Shown: positions 50,434 through 58,853 of the stretch, piece by piece
Layout: each line of letters opens with the position of its first letter
How positions within the stretch are numbered: position 1 is the first letter of the stretch
NCBI GenBank assembly: GCA_022826745.1
Contig: JAJDUI010000006.1
Coordinates: forward strand, 71,015-135,014
DNA from: Thermoanaerobaculia bacterium
GTDB lineage: Bacteria > Acidobacteriota > Thermoanaerobaculia > Multivoradales > Multivoraceae
Reading direction: 5' to 3'
Length of the DNA: 64,000 bases
Position numbers and translations under genes: made by a program
Notes under the pieces: model-generated
What the model saw: the letters and a program-made list of their open reading frames with translations, nothing else
What the model was told of the DNA's origin: nothing
The model's database searches: none

Positions 50434-51168
50434 ATGATCGATCTGCACTACTGGCCGACGCCGAACGGCAAGAAGATCACGATCCTGCTCGAGGAGTGCG
50501 GGCTGCCGTACCGCATCGTGCCCTGCCGGATCGGCTTCGGCGATCAGTTCAAGGAGGAGTTCCTCGCGATCTCCCCGAACAACCGGATGCCGGCGATGGT
50601 CGACCACGAGCCGGCCGACGGCGGCGAGCCGGTCGCGCTCTTCGAGTCCGGCGCGATCATGATGTACATCGCGGAGAAGGCGGGCCAGTTCTACCCTCAG
50701 GAGCTGCGTGCCCGCCACGAGGTGAACCAGTGGCTCATCTGGCAGATGGCGAACCAGGGGCCGAAGTCGGGCGAGTGCGGCCACTTCCGTCGACTGCGCG
50801 ACACGGAGGGCGACCAGAGTTACGCAGTGCGCCGCTTCACCGACGAGGTGAACCGCCTCTACGGCGTGATGAACAACCGTCTCTACGACCGCCGCTACCT
50901 GATCGGCGACCAGTACACGATCGCGGACATGATCTGCTATCCGTGGACGGTTCGCTGGGAGGACCAGCAGCAGGACATCGAGGAGTTTCCGTACTTCAAG
51001 CGCTGGTTCGAGGAAGTCGGCGCCCGTCCGGCGGTCCGGCGCGGCATGGACGTCTCGAGCGGCGAAGCGATCGACTACGCCAACCTCACGGACGAGGAAC
51101 GCGCTCGGCTGAAGAAGCTGCTCTACAACCAGCGCGCCCGGCCGGCTCCCCCGGGCGGCCTGCTGTAG
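50434..51168 (+). CDS. Glutathione S-transferase (YghU/Nu-class-like).
   Basis: MIDLHYWPTPNGKKITILLEECGLPY is the Nu-class GST N-terminus. The start was trimmed to ATG 50434. Confidence 0.85.
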   Translation: MIDLHYWPTPNGKKITILLEECGLPYRIVPCRIGFGDQFKEEFLAISPNNRMPAMVDHEPADGGEPVALFESGAIMMYIAEKAGQFYPQELRARHEVNQWLIWQMANQGPKSGECGHFRRLRDTEGDQSYAVRRFTDEVNRLYGVMNNRLYDRRYLIGDQYTIADMICYPWTVRWEDQQQDIEEFPYFKRWFEEVGARPAVRRGMDVSSGEAIDYANLTDEERARLKKLLYNQRARPAPPGGLL

Positions 51169-51215
51169 CGGCGTCGGCTGCGAGGCTGGGTCGGACGCAC
51201 CCGCCCGCGGCGGGC

Positions 51216-51366
51216 CCGGAGGAGAGGGTCGCAGGGGGACGCTCACCCTCTCTCGGTGGATGGGGGCCGGGGGCTCGCTCGGTCGACTGCGCTCCGCGAG
51301 GGCGTCGCTTGAGCGAAGGTTTACGGCAGTCGCTTGTCTTCAGCCCCCTGCGACCCTCTCCTCCGG
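51216..51366 (+). repeat. MITE/REP-like element copy 1: a roughly 151-bp unit bounded by 23-bp perfect terminal inverted repeats.
   Basis: ccggaggagagggtcgcaggggg lies at 51216..51238 and its exact reverse complement ccccctgcgaccctctcctccgg at 51344..51366. The internal GC-rich sequence is similar to that of copy 2. It sits in a convergent intergenic region. Confidence 0.5.
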
Positions 51367-51549
51367 ACCAGCCGCGGGCTGGAGGTCGCGCTGTACGCGC
51401 GGCGATCCATTGCGTCGTGTGTCGGTGCGCCGGCCTTCTGGCCGGCGTCCGCTCGCCGTGGGACGGTCGCGAATCGCAACAGAGAGGAACGTCTCAAGCG
51501 CAGCCGTCGCTCTGGGTTTGATTCGCCGCCGGCCGAAGGACGGCGACAT

Positions 51550-52392
51550 CTACTCGACGGCGGCGCGCAATGCCTCGTACGACCCGTGCCCGGTAGCCGG
51601 TTCGACGATCCGTTGCCACTCGCGGTCCCATACCTCCATGACCTCCCGCGGCACTTCACGGGAGCCTTCGCCGGCCTTGCCCTTGCGGACCTTCGAGGTA
51701 GTGCCGGAGTCGGGAAGGCCGCAGGCGGCGTTGCGGGCGTTGCGGACCAGATGGTCGTCGAACTTCGAGCCGTGTTCACGCATGAAGTCGATCGATGCCT
51801 GGCGCGCCGCGATCCCGACGTTGGGATGCTCCGGGTCGAGGCCGAGGAAGGCGGCGACGCGAGCGGTGGCGGCGGGGAGGTCGGCGACGACGTCCTCGAA
51901 GCAGAGCCAGAGGGTGTCCGGGTCGAGGCGCTCGGGCCACCAGGACACGAGGTGTTCCCAGTAGCGGCCGCTGCGAGTGCCGTGGAAGACGAAGTCGAGG
52001 GCGAAGTCGCGGATCGAGACGGTTCCGGGCTCGAACACCCAGCCGCTGAAGAAGTGAAAGAAGGAGACGAGTGAATCGACCGGGTCGCGGACCACGAAGA
52101 TGTTGCGTCCCCCCTTCGGGGCCAGGTCCCGGCTCAGGTGAGTCTTGAATGCTCGCGGTTCGGCGCGCTGGGGTGCGTCGAGGTCGAGACCGAGGTCGTG
52201 GGCGACTTCGATCCAGGGGACGACTTCCGTGATCTCGTCGAAGTCCATGTCGCCGCCGGTGCGGAGACCGTGGACGATCTGCTGCATCAGCGTCGTGCCG
52301 GCCTTGGGGTAGGTGGCGATCAGCAGGTCGGTCGGCCGTGGGCGGAAACCGAGGCCACGCCGCAAGCCCTCTCGGGTTGCGAAGCCGGCCAT
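51550..52392 (-). CDS. Sulfotransferase-family protein.
   Basis: TYPKAGTTLMQQIV matches the PAPS 5'-phosphosulfate-binding motif (PKSGTTW). The start was trimmed to ATG 52392. Confidence 0.7.
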   Translation of the reverse strand: MAGFATREGLRRGLGFRPRPTDLLIATYPKAGTTLMQQIVHGLRTGGDMDFDEITEVVPWIEVAHDLGLDLDAPQRAEPRAFKTHLSRDLAPKGGRNIFVVRDPVDSLVSFFHFFSGWVFEPGTVSIRDFALDFVFHGTRSGRYWEHLVSWWPERLDPDTLWLCFEDVVADLPAATARVAAFLGLDPEHPNVGIAARQASIDFMREHGSKFDDHLVRNARNAACGLPDSGTTSKVRKGKAGEGSREVPREVMEVWDREWQRIVEPATGHGSYEALRAAVE

Positions 52393-52448
52393 GCGGCGCT
52401 GGATTCCCTCGACCGTCGTGGCTCGGCACGGTGTCGCGTTCGCGTCGC

Positions 52449-53225
52449 TCACCCGAGCACCTCGGCCGACAGGTCGACGCCGACCGGGCAGTGGTCCGAG
52501 CCGGTGACGCTGGTCAGGATGAAGGCCCGTTCGACGAAGCGCATGGCGGCTTCCGAGGCGAGCACGAGGTCGATCCGCCAGCCGACGTTGCGCTCCCGGG
52601 CATGGAACGCCTGCTTCCACCAGCTGTAGCGCACCGTGTCGGGGTTCAGGGTCCGGAAGCTGTCGATCCAGCCGGCGTCGAGCCAGCGCTGGAACTCGTC
52701 GCACTCCTCGGGCAGGAAGCCCGAGTTCTTCCGGTTCTGCTTCGGCCTTGCCAGGTCGATCGGCTGAGGCGCCGTGTTGAAGTCGCCCATGACCAGGACG
52801 CGGTAGCCGGCTTCGCGCGCCTGGTCGAGCTGGTTGAACAGGGCGCGGTAGAAGTCCAGCTTGTAGGGCACCCGGCTGTTGTCGCGCTGGCTGCCGCTGC
52901 CCTTGGGGAAGTAGACGTTCGCCACCAGCAGTTGGCCGAACAGGGCGAGTTGGAGGCGGCCTTCGGCGTCGAAGCGGTGCTCGCCAAGCGAGGTGCGGAC
53001 CCAGGTCGGTTCCAGCCGCGAGTAGAGGCCCACGCCGGAGTAGCCTGGTCGTTCCGCGCTCGAGAAGGCCGTGTGCCAGCGGGGTGGTCGTCGCAGCTCG
53101 GGCGCCAGTTGCTCGGCGCGGGCCTTTGTCTCCTGCAGGCCCACGATCTGGGCCCGGCTGTTTCCCAGCCAGTTCAGGAAGCCCTTGCGCCCGGCGGCGC
53201 GCAGGCCGTTCACGTTCCAGGACAC
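52449..53225 (-). CDS. xth: Exodeoxyribonuclease III (Xth/APE1 family).
   Basis: MSWNVNGLRA...GLQETK...GDFNTAP...GSDHCPV motifs are present. Confidence 0.85.
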   Translation of the reverse strand: MSWNVNGLRAAGRKGFLNWLGNSRAQIVGLQETKARAEQLAPELRRPPRWHTAFSSAERPGYSGVGLYSRLEPTWVRTSLGEHRFDAEGRLQLALFGQLLVANVYFPKGSGSQRDNSRVPYKLDFYRALFNQLDQAREAGYRVLVMGDFNTAPQPIDLARPKQNRKNSGFLPEECDEFQRWLDAGWIDSFRTLNPDTVRYSWWKQAFHARERNVGWRIDLVLASEAAMRFVERAFILTSVTGSDHCPVGVDLSAEVLG

Positions 53226-53254
53226 GACCCGGAGGCGCCGGCGCGCCCGGGGGC

Positions 53255-53812
53255 TCAGCTGCGGCTCCGCTTCCCGGCGCCCAGATCGTGGGACATGATC
53301 ATCATGTCGCGCGTCCGGCCGGAGCGGTCGATGACCCAGTCCGTGAGCAGGGCCTCGGGCGAGAACCCCAGTCGCTCGAACACCCGCCGCGCGCCGATCT
53401 GCTCACGCGTCATCTGTGCGACGAGCTTGAGCAGGCCCAGCTCCCTGGCGGTGTCGAACACGCGCTCGGTCAGCACGTGGCCGAGGCCGCAGCGGCGGTG
53501 GGCTTCCGCGATGATCACGCGGATCTCGCCCAGGTGGCTCATCCACTGCAGGCCCCGCAGGTTCAGGCTGCCGTAGCCGACGAGTTCACCTTCGTAGTGG
53601 GCCAGAGTCGTGAAGCGGCTGCCGGTGTCGGCGTCGTGGATCCATCCCTCCACGACGTCGGGATCGGTCAGGTCCGAACGCAGGAACTGGAGGTCGATCT
53701 CCGGCAGCGCGCTGGCGAGCGAGACGATGTCGTCCCGGTCTGTCGGGCGCAGGCGGCGCAGCTCGTAGGTGCGCTCGCCGCACTGGACCTGGTCGAGGGA
53801 TTCGATGTTCAC
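53255..53812 (-). CDS. GNAT-family N-acetyltransferase.
   Basis: The acetyl-CoA motif RRCGLGHVLTERVFDTAREL is present. A GTG start at 53812 was chosen because the track N-terminus would run into the divergent epimerase gene. Confidence 0.6.
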   Translation of the reverse strand: MNIESLDQVQCGERTYELRRLRPTDRDDIVSLASALPEIDLQFLRSDLTDPDVVEGWIHDADTGSRFTTLAHYEGELVGYGSLNLRGLQWMSHLGEIRVIIAEAHRRCGLGHVLTERVFDTARELGLLKLVAQMTREQIGARRVFERLGFSPEALLTDWVIDRSGRTRDMMIMSHDLGAGKRSRS

Positions 53813-53897
53813 GGGTCGCTCGGTCAGACACCATAAAGCTAGCAGTTTCGCTGTCGGGTATCGTCGCGGCCGAACCGAACCAGGGAGGACAGGCGAT

Positions 53898-54977
53898 ATG
53901 GCTCCGATACCGAAGGGCGGCACGGTCGCGGTTACCGGAAGCGCCGGCTTCGTCGGCGGCTGGACGGTCCGGCTGCTGCTGGACAAGGGCTACCGGGTGC
54001 GCGCCTGCGTGCGCGACGCGGACGATCCGGAGAAAACGACCTTTCTGCGCGAGATGAATGGCTACGCCTCGGGCCGGCTGACGCTCCACTCGGCGAACCT
54101 GGACGAGGCGGGCTGTTTCGACGACATCTTTGCCGGCTGCCACGGTGTCGCCCACATCGCGCACGTCAGCGACTACAACGACTTCGACTACGTGAAGAAC
54201 GTCTGCGACCACATGGTCGAGAGCATCGAGAAGTCGGGGTCGGTCACCCGCGTGGTCGTCACCTCCAGCATCGCCGCGGTCATCATGGAGGCCGACATCT
54301 ACGAGTTCGTCCGCCGGCCCGTCCTCTACGAGGATCGCTATCCGGACGAGTCGAACCCGAAGCGGACGCCCGAGCGCGGCCACGGCTACTCGATGAGCAA
54401 GATCTACGCCCAGCAGGCGTTCACCAGGGCTGCCGGGAAGAGCGGGCGCTGGGACGCGATCACCTGCTGCCCGGGCGACAACGTCGGCCCGATCCTGTCC
54501 GCGCACCAGAAGGAGAAGGGGCCCTGGCAGCACAACATCGAGCTGATGCTGCGCGGGGAGTGCGAGCAGACGCAGGCCTACCGGCCCTGGATGACGGTCG
54601 ACGTCCGAGACGACGCGGAATGCCACATCCGGCTGCTCGAGAGCATCAACGTCCGGAACGGCGAGCGCTACATCGCCTGGTCGGCGGACGCGGTGCCGGT
54701 GGAGGAGATCAATGCCGGCATCGACCGGCTGCTGCCGGAACTCCGGCATGACACGGCACCGGTCACCGAGATCCACCCCGAGCACATACAGAAGCGCGAG
54801 CAGGAGCTTCGCGGCATCTGGGCCGGCGTCGAGCTGCGCAACGACCGGATGCGCGAGGCGACGGGCGTTGCGTTCCGGCCCTTCGACGAGTCGCTGCGCG
54901 ACTGTGTGGAGTCGCTGATCGCCGTGGCCGGCGTGGAGCCGAAGCGGCGGCCGGAGCCGGATGCCGGCGACGGCTAG
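53898..54977 (+). CDS. NAD-dependent epimerase/dehydratase (extended SDR, cinnamoyl-CoA-reductase-like).
   Basis: VAVTGSAGFVGGW is a Rossmann motif and YSMSK is the catalytic Y-x-x-x-K. The ATG at 53898 is preceded by GGGAGG. Confidence 0.8.
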   Translation: MAPIPKGGTVAVTGSAGFVGGWTVRLLLDKGYRVRACVRDADDPEKTTFLREMNGYASGRLTLHSANLDEAGCFDDIFAGCHGVAHIAHVSDYNDFDYVKNVCDHMVESIEKSGSVTRVVVTSSIAAVIMEADIYEFVRRPVLYEDRYPDESNPKRTPERGHGYSMSKIYAQQAFTRAAGKSGRWDAITCCPGDNVGPILSAHQKEKGPWQHNIELMLRGECEQTQAYRPWMTVDVRDDAECHIRLLESINVRNGERYIAWSADAVPVEEINAGIDRLLPELRHDTAPVTEIHPEHIQKREQELRGIWAGVELRNDRMREATGVAFRPFDESLRDCVESLIAVAGVEPKRRPEPDAGDG

Positions 54978-54990
54978 GACGGTCGTCGGC

Positions 54991-55144
54991 CCGGAGCCTG
55001 AGGGGAGGGTCCCAGCGGCCGTGCGCGCTTCCTGACAGGATGGGAGGACGGCGCGCACTCCGCTCCGCTCGCTCCGGTAGGTTCTCGGCTAATGACTGGT
55101 CAATCGGCGTCGCTCGCTTCGAGTCCGCTGGGACCCTCCCCTCA
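54991..55144 (+). repeat. MITE/REP-like element copy 2: a roughly 154-bp unit bounded by 26-bp perfect terminal inverted repeats.
   Basis: ggagcctgaggggagggtcccagcgg lies at about 54993..55018 and its exact reverse complement at about 55117..55142. Both copies begin ccgga and end tccgg(acc). Confidence 0.5.
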
Positions 55145-55238
55145 GGCTCCGGACCGGCGGCACGGCGTCGGGCTCACGAGTCGCGGCGGCGTCGCGGCCG
55201 GCCGCTCACTCACTGCCATTGGGGCGGTCGCGCGGGTT

Positions 55239-56006
55239 GTGCGGAGAGGGGTGCTGCTTCTGGTGACGGGCGCGGTGGGTGTGGCTGCTGAGGAGCCGGA
55301 GAATCCGTACACGAGTGGGATCGACGTGCGGATGGGACTGCGTCAGTTCCAGTCGAAGTGCACGAGTTGTCATGGTGTGGATGGCACTGGAGGCGAGGAG
55401 GCGGACGGGCCGGATCTGACGACCGGACGGTTCCAGCATGCGTCGACGGAGGCTGGCCTCTATGAGGTGATTCGCGACGGCATCGAGGGCACGTCGATGC
55501 GGGGGCTGCGGCGCGCCGGGGATCAGGAGATCTGGCAGTTGGTGACGTATCTGCGGACGCTGTCGAGGGACGTGGACGTGGCTTCCTTGCCCGGGTCGGT
55601 TGAGGCAGGCCGGGCGGTGTTCGAGCGGCTGGACTGCGGTCGCTGCCACATGGTGGAGGGGCGTGGCGGTCGGCGGGGGCCGGATCTGTCGCGGGTCGGA
55701 GGGCGTCGCGGTCCCGACGAACTGGCGGAGGATCTGACCGAACCGAACGCCGAGGTCGCGCCGCGCTGGTGGACGGTGCGGGTGACTCGTGCCGACGGCA
55801 CCGTGGTCGAAGGGCTGAGGATGGGCGAGGACACGTTCAACCTCCGCATCATGGACGACGAGGAGAGGCTGCGGTCGTTCGCGAAGGCGTCGCTGCGTTC
55901 CGTCGAACGGGAGCAGAAGTCGACGATGCCCGCCGAGCCGCTCTCCGACGCGGAGCATGACGACCTGGTCGCGTACCTCGCTTCCTTGCGGGGGAGCGAC
56001 TCTTGA
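55239..56006 (+). CDS. Dihaem c-type cytochrome with a signal peptide. The second domain resembles the Planctomycete/Verrucomicrobia-type putative haem-binding domain. It is the likely electron acceptor of the adjacent PQQ dehydrogenase.
   Basis: Two CxxCH motifs (CTSCH, CGRCH) and the Met ligand region GTSMRG are present. A GTG start at 55239 gives MRRGVLLLVTGAVGVAAEE. The track start at 55092 lies inside the MITE-like repeat and is rejected. The stop overlaps the PQQ dehydrogenase start. Confidence 0.65.
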   Translation: MRRGVLLLVTGAVGVAAEEPENPYTSGIDVRMGLRQFQSKCTSCHGVDGTGGEEADGPDLTTGRFQHASTEAGLYEVIRDGIEGTSMRGLRRAGDQEIWQLVTYLRTLSRDVDVASLPGSVEAGRAVFERLDCGRCHMVEGRGGRRGPDLSRVGGRRGPDELAEDLTEPNAEVAPRWWTVRVTRADGTVVEGLRMGEDTFNLRIMDDEERLRSFAKASLRSVEREQKSTMPAEPLSDAEHDDLVAYLASLRGSDS

Positions 56007-57640
56007 GACCGATCGACTGGATCGGCGCGGCGCTGTTCCTGGCCACCGCGCAAACGGCGCCCGCCCAGGAGGCCGCTGCGGACGGCATGCCGCTCCTCTC
56101 GCCGGTGACCTGGGAACGGCTCGTGAACTCGGACGACGAGCCGCACAACTGGCTCATGTACCACGGCGCGCTGCACGGGCAGCGCTTCAGCCGGCTGGAT
56201 CAGATCGACCGCGGGAACGTGGAGCGTCTGGAGTTGAAGTGGGCGCACCAGATCCGGCAGCTCGACCGCAACCAGACGACGCCGCTGGTGGTCGACGGCG
56301 TCATGTTCATCACCGAGTCGCCCAGCAACGTGACCGCGGTCGACGCCGCGACGGGGCGGGCGTACTGGCGCTATGAGCACCCGCTGCCGGACGGCATCAG
56401 GCTGTGCTGCGGCCGCAACAACCGCGGCGTGGCGATCCTGGGCGAAACCCTGTACATGAGCACGAACGACGCCCACCTGGTGGCGATCGACGCCCGCTCG
56501 GGTTCCCTGCTCTGGGACGCCGAGGTGGCCGACCACATGAAGGGCTACAGCAAGACCGCGGCGCCGCTGGTCGTCGGCGACACGGTGGTCACCGGCATCG
56601 CCGGCGGCGAGTTCGGCATCCGCGGCTTCATCGACGGCTACGACGCGGCGACCGGCGAGCGCCGGTGGCGGACGTACACCGTGCCGGAACCGGGCGAGCC
56701 GGGGAACGAGACCTGGGCAGGCGATTCCTGGCGCACCGGCGGCGCGCCGACCTGGCTGACCGGCGTCTACGACGCGGAACTCGACCTCATCTACTGGGGC
56801 GGCGGCAACCCGGCGCCGGACTGGAACGGCGACCTGCGCCTGGGCGACAACCTGTACTCGTCCTCGGTGCTGGCGCTCGACGGAAAGACCGGGGAGATCG
56901 TCTGGCACTTCCAGTTCACGCCCCACGATGTGTGGGACTGGGACGCGATCCAGGTGCCGGTGCTGGCCGATGTCGAGCTGAACGGCGAGCTTCGCAAGAC
57001 AATGCTGTGGGCGAACCGGAACGCCTTCTACTACCTGCTGGATCGGGAGAGCGGGCAGTTCCTGCTTGGCGAGCCGTTCGCGCTCCAGACCTGGGCCCAC
57101 GGCCTGGACGAGAACGGCCGGCCGATCCTGCGAGAGAACGTGTTTCCAACCACCGAGGGCACCACGGTAGCGCCGATCGCCGGAGGCGCGACGAACTGGT
57201 GGTCGCCGGCGTACAGCCCGCGCACCGGTTTCCTCTACGTCAACACCTTCGACGCGGAGGGCATCTACTACCAGCGGGACGACGAGTACGAGGAGGGCAG
57301 CATCTTCCTGGGCGGCGGCCACAGGATGCCGCTCGCTGCCGACCACTACCAGAGCGCGATCCGGGCGATCGAGGCGACGACCGGCAAAGTCCGCTGGGAG
57401 TTCCCGATCACTCCGAGGACCCGCAGCGGCGTGCTCGCCACCGCCGGCGGCCTGGTGTGGAGCGCCAGCGTCGATGGCTACTTTTTCGCCCTCGACGAAG
57501 AGACCGGCGAGCCGCTCTGGCGGATCTCGCTCGGCGCCGCGCCGCACGCCTCGCCGATGAGCTACGCGGTCGGCGGGCAGCAGCGGATCGTCGTCGCGAT
57601 GGGAAACGTCGTCTTCGTGTTCGGGCTGCCGGAGAAGTAG
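56003..57640 (+). CDS. PQQ-dependent dehydrogenase of the methanol/ethanol family (XoxF/ExaF-like), a candidate lanthanide-dependent enzyme.
   Basis: A signal peptide and a vicinal Cys pair (RLCCG) are present. The catalytic region is HDVWDWD, with an additional Asp two residues after the catalytic Asp, as in Ln-dependent XoxF (W-D-Y-D) versus Ca-MxaF (W-D-Y-A). Confidence 0.85.
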   Translation: MRPIDWIGAALFLATAQTAPAQEAAADGMPLLSPVTWERLVNSDDEPHNWLMYHGALHGQRFSRLDQIDRGNVERLELKWAHQIRQLDRNQTTPLVVDGVMFITESPSNVTAVDAATGRAYWRYEHPLPDGIRLCCGRNNRGVAILGETLYMSTNDAHLVAIDARSGSLLWDAEVADHMKGYSKTAAPLVVGDTVVTGIAGGEFGIRGFIDGYDAATGERRWRTYTVPEPGEPGNETWAGDSWRTGGAPTWLTGVYDAELDLIYWGGGNPAPDWNGDLRLGDNLYSSSVLALDGKTGEIVWHFQFTPHDVWDWDAIQVPVLADVELNGELRKTMLWANRNAFYYLLDRESGQFLLGEPFALQTWAHGLDENGRPILRENVFPTTEGTTVAPIAGGATNWWSPAYSPRTGFLYVNTFDAEGIYYQRDDEYEEGSIFLGGGHRMPLAADHYQSAIRAIEATTGKVRWEFPITPRTRSGVLATAGGLVWSASVDGYFFALDEETGEPLWRISLGAAPHASPMSYAVGGQQRIVVAMGNVVFVFGLPEK

Positions 57641-57695
57641 GCTTCGGACCGGTCGGCGCGAACCGGGCGGAGGTTCCGGAGATGGGAGTTCCCTG

Positions 57696-58853
57696 ATGAA
57701 GCCTTGGAAGTGGTGTCGGATCTGTCGTTCCGGAAGAGGTGGTTCCGGGCTCGGTCGCGACTTCGCCAGTGCGCTCCTGGTGCTGGCGGCTGCGCAAGCG
57801 TTGCCGGCGGCGTTGGCCGGGCAAGAGCCGGATGACGACGCGGATGGCCGGGTGGAGAACGCCTTCATGGCCGATCGCAACGGCGATGGCGTGCTGACGG
57901 AAGACGAAGTGAGGCCAGGCATGTTCTCGCTGCTGGACGTCAACCGGGACGGCCGAGCCGACCCCGGCGAAGTGCGCGCGTTCCTCGCGCGCGGGCGTGC
58001 ACCCTTCGATTGGGTCAACCCGCCTGGAGAGGATCGCAGTTTCCTGGGCGTGACTCACGCGACGTTCACGAGTCCGTCCATGGGCATTCCGGTGGGCTAC
58101 AACATCTACCTTCCCCCGGGGTACGACGACGCCGCGAATCGTCATGCCCGCTATCCGGTCATCTACTACCTGCACGGCGGGCGACCAGGTAACGAATCAC
58201 GGAGCATCGGGATAGCCGAGCACGTGCATGCGGCCATCGCTTCCGGCGCCGTGCGGCCGGTGATCTTCGTCTGGGGGAACGGCGGCAGGGTGAGCTGGTA
58301 CGACTACGAGGAGTCCAGGGGTGAAGAGGTCCTTGTCCGGGAGTTGATTCCACACATCGACCAGACCTACCGCACCCTGGCGCATCGCGGCGGGCGTGCC
58401 TTGCAGGGGTTCTCTCAGGGGGGACGAGGGACCACGCGGATCATGTTCAGGTACCCCCACCTGTTCATCTCAGCCGCGCCTGGCGGCCCCGGCTATGCGG
58501 TGGAGAAGCTGGTTCTGGAGAACGACGGCGTCGAATTGGATCCAAGGGCTGGTGCGAACGCCAGGTCGTTCGACTTCGGCAAGGGCAACGATGCGTACAG
58601 CCTTGCCCGGTCCTACGCGGAAGGTGGAATGCAGCCGGCACTCAACATCATGATCTGGGTGGGAACCAGGGGGTTCAACTACGAGGCCACCCTGGAGTAC
58701 ATGGGCTACCTGTATGGACTGGGTGTTCCGGCCGAACGGCTGATTGCGCCGGGTGTGGATCACAACCCGGTCTGGTTCTACGAAGCCCACGGTGTGGATC
58801 TGTTGCGGTTCCATGACAGCCACTGGCGCGAATCCGGGCCGGATGGACGGTGA
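57696..58853 (+). CDS. Secreted fusion of two EF-hand Ca-binding loops with a putative esterase (PF00756-like) domain.
   Basis: The canonical EF loops are DRNGDGVLTEDE and DVNRDGRADPGE. The esterase block is YPVIYYLHGG. Confidence 0.7.
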   Translation: MKPWKWCRICRSGRGGSGLGRDFASALLVLAAAQALPAALAGQEPDDDADGRVENAFMADRNGDGVLTEDEVRPGMFSLLDVNRDGRADPGEVRAFLARGRAPFDWVNPPGEDRSFLGVTHATFTSPSMGIPVGYNIYLPPGYDDAANRHARYPVIYYLHGGRPGNESRSIGIAEHVHAAIASGAVRPVIFVWGNGGRVSWYDYEESRGEEVLVRELIPHIDQTYRTLAHRGGRALQGFSQGGRGTTRIMFRYPHLFISAAPGGPGYAVEKLVLENDGVELDPRAGANARSFDFGKGNDAYSLARSYAEGGMQPALNIMIWVGTRGFNYEATLEYMGYLYGLGVPAERLIAPGVDHNPVWFYEAHGVDLLRFHDSHWRESGPDGR

